Shown one piece after another: positions 1 through 4,477 of a DNA stretch of 25,885 nucleotides. Position 1 is the stretch's first letter. Every line of letters starts with the position of its first letter. The DNA lies in IMG/VR virus record IMGVR_UViG_3300046717_000057, positions 1 to 25,885 of that record; one strand, 5' to 3'. The stretch is from a virus (lineage: Duplodnaviria > Caudoviricetes). A program made the translations under genes and the position numbers. Below the pieces are notes generated by a model that saw only the letters and a list, made by a program, of their open reading frames with translations, did not search any database and was not told the origin of the DNA.

Positions 1-47
1 GTTAGGGCTTTTAACATTTTGTGAAATCGCGTAAAGGAGGTGCGTCG

Positions 48-380
48 ATGACGGGGCTAACTCTATCGCCCGAACAGACTGCCAAGGAATTGACCATCAG
101 CACCAAGACGCTGATGCGGCACGTTCGGGACGGTGAAATTTCCTACATCGAAGTCGGGCGTGGTCGCAAACGGCGTGCAATCCGCTTTGCGGCATCCGAC
201 ATCACCGCGTTTATTGATAATCACCGAAGGACCAAACCATGTCTGTCCAAACAAGAGGGAAAGGCGGGACGTATCACTACGCATTCCGCCTTAAGGGTTT
301 ACGATTTCATGGATCGACTGAAACGACCGACCGCGCGCAAGCCAAAAAGTTTGAGAAGGCCGCGCGGGACCAAGCGCTAA
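48..380 (+). CDS. xis: Excisionase / MerR-like helix-turn-helix DNA-binding protein
   Basis: AAGGAGG RBS at 34-40 precedes ATG at 48. LSPEQTAKELTISTKTLMRHVRDGEI...IRFAASDITAFI fits the HTH_17 excisionase pattern. Lies directly upstream of, and overlaps, the integrase. Confidence 0.8.
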   Translation: MTGLTLSPEQTAKELTISTKTLMRHVRDGEISYIEVGRGRKRRAIRFAASDITAFIDNHRRTKPCLSKQEGKAGRITTHSALRVYDFMDRLKRPTARKPKSLRRPRGTKR

Positions 381-1387
381 AGGACATCCTCACGGCGAAG
401 GAACAGAACAGCCGGCCGTTGACGTTGACGGCGGCCTTTGACCGTTTCTGGGAGGAAGTCGGCCAGCACTACGGCGGCACTTGGGGCAAGACGACATTCA
501 CCGCCTTGGCTTGGCTGGTGGATGAGAGAAAAAGCGGCCTTGTGCCGACGACGCTCATCGGCAGACTGACGCCGGCAATGGTGACAACGGCCGTTGCCAG
601 ACGCCGGGGCGAAGGGGTTGCCAACTCCACCGTGAACAAGACCGTGACCTTTTTGCTCAAGCAAATCTGGTTGCGCTCGCGCGATCTGTGGGGCCAAACG
701 GTTGAGCCGATGGAGTGGCGCAAACTGAGGCTGAAGGGGACACCGGAGCGCATTACCTCGCTCAAGTCGCATGAGGAGCCGCGACTGATGGCGGCGATGC
801 GGGCTGATTACCTGCCGGTCATTCAGTTTGCGATCAAGTCGGGCTTTCGCAAAGCTGAAATCGTCAACCTCAAAAAGAAAGACATCGACTGGGGCGAGCG
901 CACCATCACCGTGCTGGGCAAGGGCGACAAGCTGGCGACGATCCCGCTATCGACCGAGTTGCGGCAAATCCTTTGGCCGCTGATGAGCAACCCGACCGAG
1001 TACGTCTTTACGTTTGTGACCAAGCGCACCCGCAAGAACCCGAAAACCGGCCGCGCCTATGTCCGTGGTCAGGTGGTGCCGATTACTTATTCGGGGCTGG
1101 GCAGCGCGTGGACGCGGTACGCAAAGCGGGCCGGGCTAGAGGACTTCCACCTGCACGATTGTCGCCACACCGCTGCGACGCGGCTGGCCAAGGTTGCCAA
1201 CATCAAGGTGGTGCAGAAGCTGATGCGTCACTCTGACATTCAGACAACCGCCAAGTATATGGCGGTGTACGATGAGGACTTGCGGGCGGCGATGGAAGCG
1301 GAAACGGGAAGCCGACAGCAAAGCCGACAACAGGCCGACCAAGAAGCGGTGCAAGTTGTTGACGTGGCTGGAAAAGTTGCGTCGTAA
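239..1387 (+). CDS. int: Tyrosine recombinase / phage integrase
   Basis: Catalytic residues in the expected order: R (SGFRKAEI), K (GKGDK), HxxR (HDCRH), H (MRHSDI), Y (TAKY). N-terminal arm-binding-like region YHYAFRLKGLRFHGST. Confidence 0.96.
   Translation: MSVQTRGKGGTYHYAFRLKGLRFHGSTETTDRAQAKKFEKAARDQALKDILTAKEQNSRPLTLTAAFDRFWEEVGQHYGGTWGKTTFTALAWLVDERKSGLVPTTLIGRLTPAMVTTAVARRRGEGVANSTVNKTVTFLLKQIWLRSRDLWGQTVEPMEWRKLRLKGTPERITSLKSHEEPRLMAAMRADYLPVIQFAIKSGFRKAEIVNLKKKDIDWGERTITVLGKGDKLATIPLSTELRQILWPLMSNPTEYVFTFVTKRTRKNPKTGRAYVRGQVVPITYSGLGSAWTRYAKRAGLEDFHLHDCRHTAATRLAKVANIKVVQKLMRHSDIQTTAKYMAVYDEDLRAAMEAETGSRQQSRQQADQEAVQVVDVAGKVAS
1311..1340 (+). repeat. Left arm-type repeats GCCGACAGCAAA / GCCGACAACAG / GCCGACC
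   Basis: Three tandem imperfect copies at 1311, 1323 and 1334, inside the 3' end of int. They match the right-hand repeats. Confidence 0.75.
1352..1362. promoter_or_regulatory. Putative IHF-binding site
   Basis: CAAGTTGTTGA (reverse complement TCAACAACTTG) fits the TCAAnnnnTTR part of the IHF consensus and lies between arm and core. Confidence 0.45.
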
Positions 1388-1394
1388 GGAACAC

Positions 1395-1433
1395 TCCCAA
1401 ACCAGACGCGCTACCAGACTGCGCTATGCCCCG
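1395..1433 (-). tRNA. tRNA-Pro(UGG) 5' fragment (39 nt, att core); not a complete tRNA
   Basis: Minus strand reads CGGGGCA TA GCGC AGTCTGGTA GCGC G TCTGG TTTGGGA: acceptor 5' strand, D arm, anticodon 5' stem and loop with TGG. The next bases (GTGTT) cannot pair with TCTGG, and no T arm or CCA follows. Confidence 0.88.
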
Positions 1434-1453
1434 AAGCTAAAAAAGATGTTTGT

Positions 1454-1482
1454 TTTCTAATGGTTTGCGGCGGTTCTTACAA
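1454..1482 (-). promoter_or_regulatory. Candidate sigma70 promoter facing the tRNA fragment
   Basis: TTGTAA (1482-1477), a 17-nt spacer, then TAGAAA (1459-1454), ending 20 nt before tRNA position 1. Each hexamer matches consensus at 4/6. Confidence 0.4.
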
Positions 1483-1494
1483 GAGCCGCCGCAA
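1465..1494. repeat. Near-perfect 14-bp inverted repeat (terminator or operator)
   Basis: TTGCGGCGGTTCTT-AC-AAGAGCCGCCGCAA with one G-T pair. No clear U tract. Confidence 0.7.
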
Positions 1495-1510
1495 GTCGTT
1501 TGGAGAACGA

Positions 1511-1540
1511 AAGGGACACAAAAGGACCCGTTTGGACCCT
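1511..1540 (+). repeat. Three GGAC motifs in exact 10-bp phase (candidate Xis sites)
   Basis: AAGGGACACA AAAGGACCCG TTTGGACCCT, with GGAC at 1514, 1524 and 1534, directly abutting the right arm repeats. Confidence 0.5.
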
Positions 1541-1565
1541 AAACCGACAGCAAACCGACAGCAAA
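1541..1565 (+). repeat. Right arm-type repeats (AAACCGACAGC)x2 plus AAA
   Basis: Perfect 11-bp tandem repeat sharing CCGACAGCAAA with 1312-1322. Confidence 0.85.
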
Positions 1566-1591
1566 TCTGTGAGGAAAACCGGCTAAGTGAT

Positions 1592-2137
1592 TCAGCGCGA
1601 ACGCAGGTATTGCATCATGTGGTCAAAGGAATTCATCTGTTCCGGCGTGTAGGCGCGCTGATTGAATGCCGCCGGCCACTGCTGGAAAGCGTAGCCCCGG
1701 AAATACCCCGGCACCCCAGACATCGTCCGCCAAGCCTCATAGGGCCGTTGCTCGCCCTGATTGGCGACGGCGTGCTGGTACTGGCTTTTCAGAATGTCCT
1801 CTTGCCACGGCTGGATCGAGCCGGTGAAGGATTGGTAGGCCTGTTTGATGGTCGGGTCGATGTTGACCAGATGGTGCGACACAACATCACCGAGCACGTC
1901 AAGCGGCTTGGAATCTGGCCGGTAGTTTTCGACGCCAAATCTATTTGGGGAGAATTCCGCCGGCCGTGGTTGCTGTGGCGTCCCCGTTTCGCCCGGTGGC
2001 CACGACTCCATGTAGCCCTGCCCGCCGCCGGGGTTGTCCTTATAGGCGATGTCGTAGTTGAGCAGCGCCGGGTATTGCTGGCGCGCTTGGTCAAGCAGCG
2101 TCGGCGGGGCGTCGAGGAGGTCCGACATTCCGGCCAT
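1592..2137 (-). CDS. Hypothetical protein (stand-alone gene next to attP)
   Basis: 181-aa ORF with natural, aromatic-rich composition. It ends right at the att region and has an AT-rich upstream region. Confidence 0.75.
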   Translation of the reverse strand: MAGMSDLLDAPPTLLDQARQQYPALLNYDIAYKDNPGGGQGYMESWPPGETGTPQQPRPAEFSPNRFGVENYRPDSKPLDVLGDVVSHHLVNIDPTIKQAYQSFTGSIQPWQEDILKSQYQHAVANQGEQRPYEAWRTMSGVPGYFRGYAFQQWPAAFNQRAYTPEQMNSFDHMMQYLRSR

Positions 2138-2184
2138 CGCAGAATACTAGCAAAAAATTATTTTTCAGCGGTTTACACCCTGCG

Positions 2185-2374
2185 CCGCAAGGACTTCTGC
2201 GATTGCATCGGATCTAAAACGCGCGACTTGTGCCCGTCGAGCCTAGAGTCAAGTCGGCCAAAACGTTCAAGTTGCCCTACTGCCGCAAGGACTACTTTGC
2301 CAAAACCGCAAAAAGCGTGGACCCCACCTGCTAGGCTTGGCGTGCTTTGAAAAAGCAACGGCCCCCGCAAGGAC
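2185..2374 (+). repeat. CCGCAAGGAC direct repeat x3 in the divergent intergenic region
   Basis: Exact copies at 2185-2194, 2283-2292 and 2365-2374. The first two extend to GCCGCAAGGACT. Confidence 0.7.
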
Positions 2375-2391
2375 CAACAAGCGGGGGCCGT
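2358..2391. other. GC-rich stem-loop upstream of the 2420 gene
   Basis: ACGGCCCCCGC (2358-2368) pairs perfectly with GCGGGGGCCGT (2381-2391) around a 12-nt loop, AAGGACCAACAA. Confidence 0.7.
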
Positions 2392-2419
2392 CATTCAACC
2401 AACCAGTACGGAGCTTATA

Positions 2420-2773
2420 ATGCAGAAAGACCTTAATGCCAAATTGACCGCCGTCGAAGCCAGCCTGAAGCGCTGGCATACCCGTTTAACGCGGGCAGCC
2501 AACATGCTGCAAAAGCTGGAAAAACAACGCCGGCGATTGCTGGCAGTACCCAAGCCGAAGCTGCTGCCGGCACCAGAACAAAGGGCGCCCGAATCAGAGC
2601 CAGCCATGTTTACGATCCCCGCAAAGGAGTCGGTGATGGGCAAGGAGGATGACAAGCTGGACCTGCCAACCTTCCTCGACCGGCGCAAAGTGAAGGTCGA
2701 TAAGAAGGCGATGCCGCTCACCGGCAAGGCTGCACTCGACTACATAAAGCCGAAGCGCAAAGCCAAGGCCTAA
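2420..2773 (+). CDS. Small basic coiled-coil protein with FtsZ C-terminal-peptide-like motif
   Basis: GGAG RBS before ATG and a terminator after the stop. N-terminal heptad-like helix, Pro-rich linker, then EDDKLDLPTFLDRRK. Confidence 0.8.
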   Translation: MQKDLNAKLTAVEASLKRWHTRLTRAANMLQKLEKQRRRLLAVPKPKLLPAPEQRAPESEPAMFTIPAKESVMGKEDDKLDLPTFLDRRKVKVDKKAMPLTGKAALDYIKPKRKAKA

Positions 2774-2785
2774 AGGTCACAAATG

Positions 2786-2820
2786 AAACGCCGCCCCGGA
2801 AATGGGGCGGCGTTTTTATT
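2786..2820. terminator. Intrinsic terminator, probably bidirectional
   Basis: AAACGCCGCCCC-GGAAAT-GGGGCGGCGTTT followed by TTATT. The minus strand also has a T-rich tail, and the hairpin sits between convergent genes. Confidence 0.9.
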
Positions 2821-2851
2821 GCACCGCGCTTGTGGCGCTAACGCAATGCAA

Positions 2852-2989
2852 TTACGAGCAACTGCAAACCACCTTGCCGTTAAAGCCCTGCTGGCAAGTG
2901 TAGCGCGTGCCCATCGGGCAAGCCGCCCATGCGGCCGTCGCGTAAGCCAGCGTGAGTAGTGTGATTAGTCCAATTGCAGTTTTCTTCAT
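2852..2989 (-). CDS. Small secreted cysteine-rich peptide (45 aa; not in ORF track)
   Basis: Manual translation MKKTAIGLITLLTLAYATAAWAACPMGTRYTCQQGFNGKVVCSCS. GGGGGA RBS, classical Sec signal with AWA cleavage motif, 4 Cys in the mature part. Confidence 0.8.
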   Translation of the reverse strand: MKKTAIGLITLLTLAYATAAWAACPMGTRYTCQQGFNGKVVCSCS

Positions 2990-3118
2990 GGTATCCCCCG
3001 GCCCCTGATGATTGTCGCACAGCGGGTGGTGCCAATGTCCGTTGCGCCATCAGTGATTACCGGGAATGGTAGGACTATACAACCCGTAATTCAGTCGGGG
3101 GTTTTCATTCAAGGACCA

Positions 3119-3253
3119 TTAGCGCAGAACACGGAAAAACGAAATTAGCGGACGCCAAGCATAGCGGTAATTGTGACCCCAAGGTTTCCCGATTCTCAGA
3201 ACGTACTTGCCAAACCAAATCCACCAACAGGCGATGAAGCGTTCAACTCTCAT
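3119..3253 (-). CDS. Small Trp/Arg-rich peptide (44 aa; not in ORF track)
   Basis: MRVERFIACWWIWFGKYVLRIGKPWGHNYRYAWRPLISFFRVLR. The start overlaps the upstream stop as ATGA (3253-3250). Confidence 0.5.
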   Translation of the reverse strand: MRVERFIACWWIWFGKYVLRIGKPWGHNYRYAWRPLISFFRVLR

Positions 3254-3477
3254 GGTGTCGGCCCTTTAGCGGCGGTTAGTGCTTTGCGAGCGATAGCGGC
3301 ACATTCATAGCCGCTATAGACATGGCCGTTCCCGTCGCCATCCGAAATGTCCTGTAGCGCCGCTCGCAGCCGTTCAATCTCGGCGGCGGATTGCCGCATC
3401 ATGCTCAATGCTTCCTCGACCGTATAAGTGTCGCCGTTTAGTTCTGTGATGCTGCGCAGCCTCTGCAAAATATCCAT
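3250..3477 (-). CDS. Hypothetical phage protein (short helical; AAEIERLRAAL motif)
   Basis: AAAGGA RBS upstream of ATG at 3477. MDILQRLR...AAEIERLR is a pattern common in small accessory phage proteins. Confidence 0.7.
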   Translation of the reverse strand: MDILQRLRSITELNGDTYTVEEALSMMRQSAAEIERLRAALQDISDGDGNGHVYSGYECAAIARKALTAAKGPTP

Positions 3478-3510
3478 CGTCACGATCCTTTAGGCGCAGT
3501 TACTACTCCA

Positions 3511-3711
3511 TTAGGCGCGTCCCATCGTGGCGTTGTCCAATAGCAGCACGTCCCAATTAGAGAACGTCCAGATTTGACCTTTTGCCGAACCGCTGTCGAT
3601 AAACACCACCCACTGCAAATCGGAGTCGTCGCCCCGGTCAATCAGGAACCGGGCATAGCCCGGTCCCTTTGGCGTGGTGAGCCAGATGGTTTGCTCAATC
3701 TCAAGGATCAC
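3511..3711 (-). CDS. Hypothetical phage protein (66 aa)
   Basis: GTG start overlaps the upstream stop (GTGA at 3711-3708). Sequence begins MILEIEQTIWLTTPKGPGYARFLID. Confidence 0.65.
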   Translation of the reverse strand: MILEIEQTIWLTTPKGPGYARFLIDRGDDSDLQWVVFIDSGSAKGQIWTFSNWDVLLLDNATMGRA

Positions 3712-3905
3712 TTGCGACTGTAGTCCAGAAGCTGCTTTGCCCACGGCCGCGCTGCCCCGTCCGGGTGCGATGCGTCCTTGCACAGCTTGGCCACGCCTTC
3801 ATGGAAGCGCACCGCTTCTTCATGGTTGTCGAATTCGGCAGTCATTGTGACCTTGTGACCGGCCTCGCCGCCGCCGGTGTAGATCGAGAGGTTGAGGCCC
3901 TTCAT
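3708..3905 (-). CDS. Hypothetical protein (65 aa)
   Basis: TGATG overlap with the upstream gene and a GGAGG RBS. Sequence begins MKGLNLSIYTGGG. Confidence 0.65.
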   Translation of the reverse strand: MKGLNLSIYTGGGEAGHKVTMTAEFDNHEEAVRFHEGVAKLCKDASHPDGAARPWAKQLLDYSRK

Positions 3906-4477
3906 CAGTGTGCCTCCGTCAGCCGGGCGGGAAACATCGGATCGACGTAAGCCTGTTGCGGCCGCGCCCTTGCACTCATCGCCATCATCACCGGCCGGCT
4001 GCCACACGCGGCTGCGGTAACGCCAACCTGTGCGTGACCGTAGTCCGAGCTACACCAGCGGCCGCCTTCAAAGAGGCCGTGCGCTTCTGCGATGCGGCCT
4101 AGCTCCTGTCGGCTTGGCAGATTGCAGCGGCGATCAACCCGCCCGCGCCCGGTCTGGCACACGTCCAAGGCCTTGCCGCATGGGTGCATGCTGGCCAGCC
4201 CGCAATGTCCGCGCCGGATGCCGCCCATGAATTTCACAGCGGCACCGCGTGCTTCCAGATCGTCGATGTAGGCCTGAAAGGTGGAGGCGTACTGCCAGCC
4301 GACGCGAGCGGTGGCGCCGGTCTTGTGCGAAACGACAACGCCGGGGCCGGCGCTGTTGCCATTGGCGTCGATAACGTGCTTGCGAGCAAATGCCGAAGTC
4401 GCGACTACGCACACAAACGCAGCCGCGACAACTGAAACGAGTCGTCGCTGCATGAACATCGTCCTTATGGTGTTCAC
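3905..4477 (-). CDS. Exported zinc peptidase, M15 / extensin-like peptidoglycan peptidase fold
   Basis: SMHPCGKALD matches SxHxxGxAxD and DYGH matches DxxH of M15 peptidases. N-terminal signal peptide ends in AFA. Start codon uncertain. Confidence 0.7.
   Translation of the reverse strand: MNTIRTMFMQRRLVSVVAAAFVCVVATSAFARKHVIDANGNSAGPGVVVSHKTGATARVGWQYASTFQAYIDDLEARGAAVKFMGGIRRGHCGLASMHPCGKALDVCQTGRGRVDRRCNLPSRQELGRIAEAHGLFEGGRWCSSDYGHAQVGVTAAACGSRPVMMAMSARARPQQAYVDPMFPARLTEAH

Larger units (their letters stand above)
1311..1565. mobile_element. Phage attachment site, most likely intact attP (arms plus core)
   Basis: tRNA-derived core at 1395-1433 lies between CCGACAGCAAA-type direct repeats on both sides (1311-1340 and 1541-1565). 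It starts 8 nt after the int stop, and phage genes lie on both sides. Confidence 0.8.

Noticed and set aside
11-25. CtrA box TTAA-N7-TGAA upstream of xis
   Set aside because: One mismatch, a single occurrence, and at the window edge without context; could be chance.
1360-1433. Complete tRNA-Pro gene
   Set aside because: No anticodon 3' stem, T arm (GTTCGA) or acceptor 3' strand follows the anticodon loop. The sequence runs into the end of int.
1460-2350. 296-aa + strand ORF
   Set aside because: Antisense to the more protein-like 1592-2137 ORF, crosses the att arm, and has Arg-rich shadow composition.
2185-2374. CRISPR mini-array
   Set aside because: Repeats are only 10-12 nt with unequal spacing of 98 and 82 nt, and no cas genes are present.
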